64,000 bases of DNA from Camelus dromedarius (Eukaryota), in NCBI RefSeq assembly GCF_036321535.1, contig NC_087437.1:22446001-22510000 (forward strand), in the 5' to 3' direction. The notes beneath the pieces were generated by a model, which worked only from the letters and a program-made list of their open reading frames with translations, was not told where the DNA came from and ran no database searches. Shown in pieces: positions 10,086 through 21,390 of the stretch. The position numbers and the translations under genes are program-made. Position 1 is the stretch's first letter, and every line of letters starts with the position of its first letter.

Positions 10086-11646
10086 CTGTAGATGAGCACA
10101 GGGCAGCATTGAGGAAAATGTTGTTGCAATAAAGGTGAAAGTCCTTGAGCTTTAAATATTATACCCTTAAGCTTCTCTATATTATGACCCAGAAAACAAG
10201 GATAAACATGTCAATACACGTATGTCCAACTTGGTTCCAGAATTCGTCTTTCAATGTCAGCTCCTTTCCAGAAATAATGGAGAACTCTGTCTTCTTTGAA
10301 CATATACTTCGTTTAAAATTGTTAACCCAATACCATTTCCATCACTGTAAATTTTCTCATCACATTTATGTTGCAGATAACTGACTCTAGGCTCAATTCT
10401 GCTGCAAGATGTGAGGCAGAGATTGTTCCGAGGCTGTGGCATTATCCTCTCAAGCAGCACGTTAGGAAGGATAAATGTGCTTCGGCTCATGATTATCATC
10501 TTACTTTCCATCAGTTTATACTCCCTAAATCTAGCAAGCTTCACTTATTTTTTTCTTTAAGTGGATTTAATTTTGAGAGGAACTGCCTGTCTAAATGTAT
10601 AACACAACTGCTACGTTAAGAGATGTTTCATTGGAATCCAAGCTTTACAGTTAAAATCTAGGAAAATGTTGGTGGTAGTCATCTCTTCCCTTTGTCATCG
10701 TGGACTCCACCCCTGATTGTCTGTTCTAGTGTGTCCTCGGATGGGATGGGGTTATTTGGGAAGAGGGAGCTTCTTTCTCAGATACAGGTTTTGGATGGAA
10801 TTTGAAAATTCACTTGACTGATGAGTGAAAAGAAAACGGGAGGCAAATACAGTTGGACCGGGGCTTCCAGAGAGGAGGATTCAACTCTTCTGGCTGTTAG
10901 GATCACCTGCCTGTGGTCGAGGCGGCATCTGCCCATTTTCCAAGTGGCAAGAAGGACAGAAGCTTTTGCTGTCCCTGGGGACATCTGGAGTAGCTCTGTT
11001 TTTTCAGATAGACATCCACTGGAATGCTTACACCCCTGGCTTAAAGCTAGAAAAGCCCTATGCATTCATTAAAAGTGAGGTCTAGATTCTACCTGTCCTA
11101 CTACTTATAGGGAAGGGTCTGTCTTATTAAAATAAACTTACATGTGCACAATGCTTAAGATATTGAAAGCACATCCATCATGTTAATTTCACTTGGTCTT
11201 TACTCTGTCTGTCCTATTTTCAAAGTCCTCACTGGAAAAAAGATTTTACCATCTTGGAATAAAAAATATTTCTAAAGTTCTAAATTCTGGCTCTCTTCAG
11301 ATACACTCTAATGCAGATTAAATATATTTCTCTATAAAAATGGATTGACATAATTTTTTATGTAAATGATTCATAATTTTAGTTAAACATATTTTGAATA
11401 TTTGAAAAATGTCATTCTCCTTTATTTTTCCCCCTTTATTTCCCTCAGTATTTTCCAAACTTCTTATCCTGAATCATAAGCATTTAATTAAGAGTCTTAA
11501 TTTCTTAGGATACTTTTCTCCTCTAATTAGATTTACTTACCTGCCTTGAATTTGAAATTACTTTAATAATTTAACTGAATAATCACTAACGGTAAGTAGT
11601 TTGTTCTCTTCTCTCATCACCCCATGCTCTGTATTTCAAAGGATAC
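10086..11646 (-). other. SLC9A9: U12-type (minor spliceosome) GT-AG intron, 1561 bp
   Basis: The 5' end GTATCCTTT matches the U12 donor consensus RTATCCTTT. A U12-like branch site TTTTCCTCAAT lies at 10108-10118, about 24 nt from the 3' splice site. Confidence 0.92.
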
Positions 11647-11760
11647 AAAGGCTCCAAGTATGAAAAGAGCATTAAAGATATGATTCTGGAATGTGAACAT
11701 GGCCAGGCCCATGTAACAGAAGATGACGTTCTCAGCCAAGAAGTTCATAAATTCAAACAA
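11647..11760 (-). CDS. SLC9A9: SLC9A9/NHE9 internal coding exon (exon 10), 114 nt
   Basis: ttttcag|TTG TTT GAA...GGA GCC TTT|gtatccttt translates to [38 protein letters not shown], in frame with the preceding exon. Confidence 0.98.
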
Positions 11761-13121
11761 CTGAAAATAAAACAGAAACCAAAACCCATTAATTATGACT
11801 CAGCTTTGAATCCACTTAATTTCTTGTTATTGTATTTGGTGCTTGGAAGGGAAAGCCATCCTTTGGCCTCGTGCTCAATCTCTGGAGGGGTGGAGTGGTC
11901 CCTGCCTATTCTGCCAGGCCAGCTGACTCTACCCTGGCTCTCCACTCAGTGACAGATACCACAGCCATGTCAATATCCCACCCTCCTTTCCAACCACAAG
12001 GCTGCCAGAGATACCTCTGGGTGAGATTAACCAGCATGACCTTCCGTGGGACAATTCCTACTAGGATAATAGAATATTTCCTATTACAGAAACAGAAACT
12101 ACATGATTTGCTCAACATGTACTGTCATGAATGATGCAAAAATTGTTTAGCCCCTTGTAAACCAGTAGGTACACTTGAGTTCCAAGACCCTCAAGAATTA
12201 ATTAAAAAAAAAAAACAACTTAGCTAAACTACTTTCCTTTGGCAGGCAGGAGGGACAAACTTGGAAAACTTAGAAATGTGTAATAAGGATGAATGTTGAT
12301 TATATTTCAACATTAGAATGATCAGTATATTTCAAACTTCAGACAATGAGACTCATTAAATTGACTGATGTAGGTACATCCATTAAATGTCTACAATTTC
12401 TAGCTGGTAAAAAGAAAATGATTAATCCCAGGGATCAGTTTATTCAGCAAGAACACAATAGATACATCAAATTCAGTCAGAGGAATAGAGTAATAACACG
12501 TTATGCTGAGGGATCTCCCAAGACTTACTCTTAGACCATTAACTAAACAATTTAAGTCGAACATGCAAAACATTCTCCAACTTCCAGATTAGAAGTGAAA
12601 GGGAAATGTATCCAGGGGCTATAGCGAAGGCAGGTTTGGAAGAGGCTTTCGATTATGTTCCAGACTTTTCATGTGGAAGTTTCTGAAACTTCATTCCGAG
12701 ACCAACATAAATCACCCTGTTAAGTAAACGTCTCTGGAGGCATTTCTCTTGACTTTTTAAGGACTCATTATTTTTTCATGTAATGTATTTACAGCCCCAC
12801 AAATAACGCCCAATACTTGTTCACTGACAGTTGACAGAGGGAAAAGCAGGATCTTGTCAGACACATTATTTAAAACCAGGAATAGAAAGAAAGGATTAAA
12901 AAGACACAGCTCCTTTGCTACAGGATGGTCTTTCTGCAGCAGCAGTGATCATCAGTTATCCTGAGCACTCACTTTGCATTCGAGGCCAGCTCATCTAAAC
13001 AAACGCTGTCACCCACATAAGTACAGGCAACTTGAAGACATGGGGGGGGGGGATTTGGGGATGGGAGAATATTTCCTACCTCATTGTATCCTTACTTTTT
13101 CAAAATTTGAGATTTGGCCAC

Positions 13122-13499
13122 TGTCTTAATCTGCCAAAACACGTTGGGCTGCCATAACAAAATACTATGGGCAGGGTGGTTTAACTAACAGGAATTTATT
13201 TCTCATGGTTCTGGAGGCTGGAAAGTCCAAATTCCAGGTGCTGGCTGATTTGGTTCCAGTGGGGGGCCTCCTCCTGGTTGGCAAACAGCAGCCTACTTGC
13301 TGTATCCTCACATGGCAGAGAGCAAGAGAGATTTTCTCTTCTGTGTCTCTTCTGAAAGCACTAATCCCATTCATTGAGGGCTCCACCCTCATGACCTGAT
13401 CACTCCCCAGAGGCCCTGCCTCATGTTCCATCACGCTGGGATCAGGACTTCCACAAACGAATTTGTTGGGGTTGGGGGAGAGACATTCAGTCCAGAGCA
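13122..13499 (-). mobile_element. MLT1A-type MaLR solo LTR
   Basis: gggctgccataacaaaatac...ggaatttatttctcatggttctggaggctggaaagtccaa...cattcagtccagagca. Confidence 0.88.
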
Positions 13500-14129
13500 G
13501 CTACCCAGGTTTTGAGATTAATAATCACATGTTAGGGTTAAATTCCCAAGGCCTCTCCTTCTCCAGCCTCCATCTCAAGTGTGTTTTACTCTAGAGGGGA
13601 CATTTTGCTGACTGGGATCCATTCAGCCTGTTCTTAGTGGTCATATCCCCAGTTTGCCTCTGGGTTCCACCTCTTTTCCCAATCTCAGCCCAGTGTGTTT
13701 GGTTCAGAAATGTGTATAATGAATTCAGTAATTATTAGCTGGAGTTAGAACTTCTGATTGTGAGATGCAAAAAAGAAAAAATATAAGTTAAAGAAACAAA
13801 GGATATGTTTGTGTATGTCTGAATCCATTAAGTGTATTAACATATACATTTACACATAATTTTTATTTCACTTTATGGATATTTGACATCTGTATCAATT
13901 TTTTTAACCATGAACATTTTACTTTCATAGTTTAAAAAATTAGATTAAATTAGAACAAAAATTTTAAAGTAGAATAAAATGTTTTCCAAATGTTTTCTTC
14001 CTTTTAGCATTAGCAACTCTTCATTTGTTTAGTTTCAGGAAATTATCAAGCATGTATATCTAGTTTTAATATTTTTCTTATTTTCTTTAAAAATTATTTT
14101 TAAATGAAGAAAAATACAAACAAACAAAC

Positions 14130-14685
14130 AAAAAACACACTTATCTTTCTGTGGAGCATCTTTTTCAGTGATCTCTTCATTCACAGATCCGAAGATTATA
14201 TAGACAACATGCATAGTGCTACATAAATCTGACCATATTTTTATATAATTTACTTTAACTAATATTTCATAAGCTTCTTTTCATGGCAATAAATTTGAAT
14301 CTGCTAAACCATTTTTAATGGCAGCATAATATCCCTTTGTGTCTTTGTACCAAATTTTATTTCACTGTACCTACTATTACCCATTATTGGATATTTGGTT
14401 GTTTCAGATTTTCCTGTTATAAACAATGCTGCGTTGAGCATCTTATACAAATATCTCTCCTCAGTTGAGTGATGACTCCTTAGGTGAAATTCCTAGATAC
14501 AGGGTACTTTTGTCAAAGGATATACATTCATTTTTCTTTTTCAACATACTACTAGTCTGCCCTTAAGAAAGATATACCAATTTACATCTCTAATAATGGT
14601 GCAGAGGGTGCCCTTTTCCTCACACACTTGCCAAAATTAATTTTTATCAATTTTACAAAACCTTTGTCAATCTGATAGACTCACA
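14130..14685 (-). mobile_element. Old L1M fragment
   Basis: tggatatttggttgtttcagattttcctgttataaacaatgctgcgttgagcatc...ccaatttacatctctaataatggtgc is antisense L1 ORF2-end/3'UTR. Confidence 0.7.
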
Positions 14686-15027
14686 TTTTAAATTGTAGAT
14701 GGTTGTTAGCATTTTAAAAAAGGTTCCCTTCATAGCAAGGCAGCAGCGCTGATTAGCACTCCTGTTCTATTTATAACATGTAACAACACTCCTCTGAATG
14801 AATAGCTTCATAATAACTTCCTTCTTGGGGGCATTTACTGAAAATGTGTGGGCAAATTCAACTTTGGGTTTCACATGCAAAAATCTCCTGAAGACATGTT
14901 TCAGAGGAGAATCTACAGGAAGGCTCAGCTGACAGAAACCACCAGTTTGAACATGAAACCTTTATTGCCTGAGTCTGACTCAGAGTAGTCAGTTACTGAG
15001 GGAGCAGATTTATTGGTCAATTCTGAG

Positions 15028-15055
15028 AAAAAAAAAAAAAAAAAAAAGAAAAAAA
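15028..15055. repeat. Poly(A) tract A20-G-A7
   Basis: Read directly. Confidence 0.95.
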
Positions 15056-17160
15056 GAACCACCTCCACCCCAAAACCAATAATAATAATAACAACAACAA
15101 CAGACAAACTAGTCGATTCAGTTTTCAATGTGAATAATCTCAAATCTACGTTTTTCCCACTCAGGGTCAATGAAAAATAACTTCAATCAACATTTTATTT
15201 ATCCAGTACAGTAAACAATATTTGTTTTACTTCCATGAATTCACAGTTTGTGAGCCTTTGGAGGGGACCCAGGTTAAAACTAATCTTTGCTTAGCAAAGC
15301 TTTTCTTCAGAGAGAAAAAAATAATAAGCAAGTTAATAGTGCAAACAAGACCAGGGAAATATTTAAACTGCATAAGAGGACAATCTGTGTTTAAAAACTC
15401 TGAAAGTTCTTGGTAACCACTCATATGTTAATTGAACAACTTAATCTGGTCAGCAAATCATGTTCTCTAAAGACTTATTCAATACTATGCTTTTAAGTCG
15501 GTGTTCCTTACTAGACACTAGAAAGTAAAAATAAAAAGTCATATCTATTTTATAAAACATGTTTATTATTAATTCTGATTGACTTTTTCTCCTATTAGTA
15601 AAAGAACTTTCCTGCATTACTATGATTCATGGACAGAAACACTACAGCAGTTCACTCTACCCTGCTTAACTAATACTGCTAATTAAATTCACATATATTC
15701 CTCAACATGGCTTTAATTTGGCTTAGTAAAGTTTGACCCAACCTACTGACTTTCATCTACTTGTCCAAGTAATGCACTGAGATTCATTTTAACTGGGATG
15801 TTAAAGAAACTGCAAAGCTGTAATAAAAGTGAAAGAAAAGGTAGAACTATAAATATTCTTCTATTTTCTCCATAATTTTGTCTCCAGATTAATTTTTTTT
15901 TGTTTATAAAATTTGCCTTTATTCCTAACTGGCAACTTTCTTTAGAGGACATCTCAGATTTCACTTTTCATACACTATTGATTGTGTCTATAACTATTCT
16001 AAACAAACTGGAGTATAAGTAAACAATTTTTATTCCCATATTAGGGAATTTGTAAACAAATATTACAATATATTTATTGAAATTTTAAACCTTTACTCCT
16101 GGGATTCTAATATTCTCTTAGTCCTGAGTCACCAGGAACCCAGTAATTCCTGTGGGCTCTAGAGGTTAGCATAGGAGATACACTGTACTGAAGACACATG
16201 ATCTTTCCCACTAGGACATACATGATCTGAAGGCTTTGCTGTCAGTCAGGGTCATGTTCCCAGAGTATAGCCTCTCCTTACAAAGCTGAAGATTTGTAGT
16301 TACATATAAATACAAGTGCAGTCCTTTGAAATCTTTTTTGAGATTTAGGACATTTTAATAATATCAATATTTCTACTTCTGAAATAGTAACCATGCTAGT
16401 GGGATTCATTTTTTAGGACTTAAATTGTTCTAGGGAATCTGTTAAAGGTTTTTGCTTACTTTTAAAATTTTTAACTATTCATGTTATAATGACTACAAAG
16501 CTCATAAATTGATAATATTATTTCTATTTTATAGTTGGGGAAACTGCACTCAATGGTATTAATGCATTTGCCCATGTAAATAAACCACAATAAAGGAAAA
16601 AAAAACAGTTGTCCTGAGTTTTTTCCAAAGCCCACACCACTTCTGCCAGACTAGGCTGCCTCTCCATTATATACAGTTCAGGGACAGCAAGATGTTTGTT
16701 AATAATAATATTGATGAATATTTGTAATACATTAGAGTCTGCAAAGCATATTTTCATACATATGTTTGAATCATCAGAGCAACTCTTGATAGGCAGGAAA
16801 GATATCTGTGTTTCTAACCACATTTTCTTCAAGTAAAGAAACTGAAAGGTAGATTTCTTTGTATCCAACTAGTGGAAGCAGGGGGTGAGGGGGTGGGGGG
16901 GTGGACACTTATTCTCTGTTATTATCCACTCACCCAAGTCAATCTCTAACCTTCTCCTTCCTCTCAGAAAAAAAGAAAAAGAGTAAAAGCAAAGTTCTTA
17001 TAATGCTTTTGTAACTACAAGACAAATCTCCTTCCCAATCACCCCTTTCCAACCCATTTCTCCCTTAGAGAGATTCTGGACTTTATACTGTCCCCTATGG
17101 TACCATGATAATGATTATATGTGGTTTTATCTATACTACTATGCATATATTATATCTCTA

Positions 17161-17220
<60 letters not shown>
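17161..17220. repeat. (TATC)15 tetranucleotide microsatellite
   Basis: Perfect run read directly. Confidence 0.99.
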
Positions 17221-17985
17221 ATCATCTGTCTATGGTCTAAAATGAGACAAACTTCATTCAGTGTGGATGTTCTGTCTCTGCTCCATTTGCAGGACATGGG
17301 TTCCAAATTCAAGATCAGATTCTTTAAGGTTAGGACTCCATTGGCCCTGATGTAAAGGAGGTGTACCACTTAAGTGCTCAGAGAGCTGCTTCTTTGTCAT
17401 ATATTTGTTTGTCTGAGAATTCTTGGGTTCCATATGAACTCCTGGCTACTACTCAACCTTCTCCCACTCCCTGCATTTTTCATTGTCTTCTTTAAACTTA
17501 ATTTGGCTTTTTAAAAACATGAGAATTTCAAAAGCACAGCCTATAAAAACACAACAAAACACATTTTAGGAAGATGAATAGTCATCATTAAGTAAGTAAA
17601 GGTAATATAGGAAGTAATTGTAGTTATAGCTACAAGGAGTTGAGTTCCATTAAACTGAATAAATACTGTAGCCAGATTTTCTTGAAATCCTTGAGGTTAT
17701 AACTTAAGGGGAAGGCTATTTTCTATGAATTTGCTAAATTACTTTAGCTAGTAAACACTGATGATAATGCTCTTATTTCTGGAGATTTTCCACTTTTGAT
17801 TCTTCCTTTTCAGGGGGACTATTAAGGTGAAAGTGCAGAGTTTTATAAGGCTGTATTTAAGTCTATATACTATTAAGAATAGCTTCTCAAGTCTGCAATG
17901 TCAGAGCGCTTATTATCATGATATTGATCAGAAATATTGGTTCCCCAAATAAGATTGGCCTCAGACCTATTTTGGTGAATTTAAA

Positions 17986-18019
17986 CACACGCACACACAC
18001 CACACACACACACACACAC
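17986..18019. repeat. Interrupted (CA)n microsatellite
   Basis: cacacgcacacacaccacacacacacacacaca. Confidence 0.9.
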
Positions 18020-18059
18020 AATACAGTAGCACAAAATTTCAAAGGCAGAGTCATCTTGT

Positions 18060-18260
18060 GATGTATGTAGTTCAGACATCTAGCCAATGCTTGACTGCTC
18101 CAACACTCTTGTTAAGGGGCTTTTTAGCTTGTAATTGAACACAGTCAAAGGCAGAAATCTCACTTCTTTCCCAGGAAGCAAATGGCATTTTGGTACATCT
18201 GTGACTTAGAAAATCTCTCCTTATGTCGAGAGATTGAGTCCACTTCTCCTACTTCTACTT
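18060..18260 (-). mobile_element. CR1/L3 3' fragment
   Basis: tgaacacagtcaaaggcagaaatctcacttctttcccaggaagc...gacttagaaaatctctccttatgtcgag resembles antisense L3. Confidence 0.5.
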
Positions 18261-18964
18261 CTTTAGTTTATTAAAAAGAGAAAGTCACACAGAGTATCAT
18301 TTTATTCCATACTGCTTTCCTTTAACAGCAGAAAGGGGATTCCTATCAGAAGAGCTGCAGTAGTTGGCAAATCTGCAGTTCAGGCAGCAACTGCCACTTT
18401 TCATCCCATAGTCTTGTTTGTCTTGAAAGTAAACATTTTACTAGGAGTTCGTGATTGGCTTGTGGGGCCTCAAGTCTAGAATACCTTCAAGGGTTGGGGG
18501 ACTGCAGTAACTCTAATTTTTTTCAAATAAGTGTTCTCCAGAAGGATCTTAGTAAATCTAAAAGTACTGGCCCTTAGGGGGAAAAAAGACATGTGGCATA
18601 ACACATTAATTTCTCGGTAGTATTGCCAATAAATACTAGCTAAAGAAAATTTACTAGTTGAAACAATATATTTTCTTTGTAGAAATTAAAACCATGCTTT
18701 AAAAAAATCTCTTAATGAATAAACCAAGAGAAATACTGATATTGTTGGGCATTGGTTTAAAAAATTCACACAGTATCAAAAAATTTAAAGGTTTATATAC
18801 CATTTATTTAGCTTTTTTCATTTAGCTAGTCTTAATCTCCTTTCTTATCCATCTTGTGTGTCTTTTTATCTTTATAATTAACCTATGCTGAATTCTTTCT
18901 TGAGTAGGAGTGTGAAGAATGTACACAGAAAGGGAAGATTTCTAATGATTTTTTTTTTTTTTTA

Positions 18965-19255
18965 ATGTCTCTGAGTCGAATGTCAAAACCTCAGCCCTTG
19001 CCACTGATCTGAGCGACAACCACCCACACCATGGCGGAGGACATTCTACTCCATCTGCACTATGAGAACAATGTGCTCCTTGTACCTGAAGAGGTACCAC
19101 TGGCAACATATAGAATATGGAGCCTCAAGCACTATGAGCTGTGTTTGACTTCTCCATGCCCTCCCATTGCCTTGATAAAAGTGCTGCAAAGTGAAACACC
19201 TAGGATGGAGGACATGATTCTGTGTTGTTTCATGATCAGCTATTTCACAGTGTAA
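18965..19255 (+). mobile_element. Possible Helitron RepHel coding fossil
   Basis: Allowing frameshifts, it reads CQ.LSP..DL..NH..MAEDIL.....EN..LL..EE..LA.....SLKHY.L..SP.........L..ET. This resembles my recollection of the Helitron linker between the Rep and helicase domains. Confidence 0.4.
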
Positions 19256-20699
19256 TGCAGTAGAATATTCGGACAAATGTGAAACACTAGAGTCAAACCA
19301 GTATTCATTGAAAAAAACTTTGCCTCAGGATTTCAGAGTGAGAAGTTGAAGCATGTGTTTGTATCACTAGCTTGAAAATTTCAAGGGCTTCTTTGCTTCA
19401 TATTACGTTATTCCTAATAAACCCTGTCATTTATGTTAGTGCATCTATCATATTTGAACTCCTTTGATAAACTTTCTAAAGCAGCTAATTTTGAATACTC
19501 TGCTGTAGTGGTACAACAGTAATCAGAACTTCTCAGAAAAAACTATTTTACAAACATTATTCCATCTTCTATTTTTGAGGGAAAATAATTTGAAGACTGA
19601 TTCAACTGATTTGCTATTTAACCTGACCAAACTCTTTGTTCAATTTTTCCTTTTGCTTTGAGGTCATCTTTTTACAATACATGGAGGTAGATATTGCACA
19701 ATTTAGAATGTAAAGAGGTATAGATTTTTTTCTTGTGTATTTCAATATGACTTTAAGTCTAATGCATATACATAACATTCAACTTTATACTATATGTAAA
19801 CGGTAAGGTTCAAACTCTTAATTTTATGTTTTTCAGATAGTTATAGAGTTAATTGACTTCACTGACAAAGGAAAGAAAAAACAAAACTAAGAGTTAAAAA
19901 TCATTTCCTTTTACAGAAGATTTTTAATTCAATTTCTGAATTATGGTGAATTGGATTATGGAAAGGCATTCAATAGAAGGCTTAAAGCTTAGAGTAGAAC
20001 ATTGATTGTGCTAAGCATGATAAGAAACTGGAGAGTGAAAAAGTCTTTATAGATCAGAGAAATCAATGAAAATGAAGACAACAAATACATGACATTTGAC
20101 TAATGCCATTTAATTAGAAAACAGCTACCAAATGATTTTTATGAAGGCGCAAATATCGATAAATCAATAGCTGATGAAAATTAAGTTTGTTTGGCTTGTT
20201 TCTTTGTAATGGACAGTTAAAATGCAGTGAGTGTAGATTCTCAGTGCTTGTATTGACCTCCAGAAAACTCTTATTTTACACCAATTAACTTTGTTGAGCT
20301 TTCTTTTTCAGCAAGATTTATAAAACCCCCTCCTTAAAGCCTCTTTGCTACTGTACACCCTGGACAATACAGGCAAAATGTCAAAAATTATGAATTATTA
20401 CAGTATGAGAATGCATTTCTCTTTGTTTCCAAGGAAAGCAGTTATATTTTCACATAAAAATCATGCATGCGTAAATCAATTCTGAATGAGAATTTTAGCT
20501 TTGACTTACTTTGGTGGTTTGGAGCTAATTTTATTATTGTTCCGAACTCTTTAGGCACTCTACAAAGATCCCTCAGAATGTTCTCTTGGGCTACATGTGT
20601 ATTTTTGATGATGTTCAAAATGAGTTTATATGTAAAGCAAATCAAATATAGAGAGGGGAAGACTCTGCTATAGATGTGCATTAGAAGCTCTTAATCAGT

Positions 20700-21390
20700 C
20701 TCCAGTCTCTTGCTTATCCCTCCATTCCTCCTGGAAAGCACAGTGACCAATGCTTCCTGCACACCTCATGCAGATGGCACTAGGTTACTCTCCAGTGTGC
20801 CCAAGTCAGTTCTGCTCCCACCACAAAAACTTTAGGCTTAACAAGAGCCATTTCCACTTGTTCCAAAATCTATTTATCTTTGCTTTAAATTGCTATTTGT
20901 AGTTGTTAATTTAACTATGTAGATTTAGTATGACTATGAAAGAAAGAGTTGATGTTTTTCAAAAAAAAATAAGTTAAATGTGTAGAAAAGACTTGGTAAA
21001 ATTTAGTTGCTTAGAAAATGCTACTAAATTGGTAGTGAGCAGGACAACCATAAAATGTTACCAAAAATATATTTAAATATAGAAGGATTCTCAACTTACA
21101 TGCTTTGCTGATGTCTTTTAATTCTTGGCTCTGAACTAAAGAACAGAAATAGAAACTGGAAGTTCTGGTAGATATATTTTGGGTATGCTTTGTGCAAGAA
21201 AGACATCCTAGAACTCTAAGATTCAAAGAAAAAGCACTGAATCTTTATCAAAAGATTGGCAAATTAATATGCATTTATACAAGTGACAATTAAATGTTGG
21301 AGATATTTGTGTCATTTTTTAATGATTTCTTGCTTTAACTGACTTCCATTAATTGACTGATTGTAACTTTGTTTGAATAAAAGTGGTGTC
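20700..21390 (+). mobile_element. Tigger (TcMar-pogo; Tigger15a-like) fossil with decayed transposase N-terminus
   Basis: 20930-21265 gives degenerate M..KR.V...KLN..KRL.K...TTIK...LE....W..F.QER......KAL.LYQKIG, a CENP-B/Tigger HTH region. The start coordinate is approximate. Confidence 0.75.

Noticed and set aside
11585..11600. + strand ACG|GTAAGT donor-like site next to cactaac
   Set aside because: It is antisense to the gene, with no supporting + strand exon structure.
11795..11804. ATGACTCAGC AP-1/ARE motif upstream of exon 10
   Set aside because: A single short motif expected by chance, and it overlaps the branch-point region.
11680..11952. + strand 90-aa ORF ([11 protein letters not shown]...)
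   Set aside because: It is the antisense shadow of SLC9A9 exon 10.
19820..20300. + strand acceptor-like sites and a vaguely hAT-transposase-like translation
   Set aside because: Many stops and no motif I can assert. It needs a profile search.
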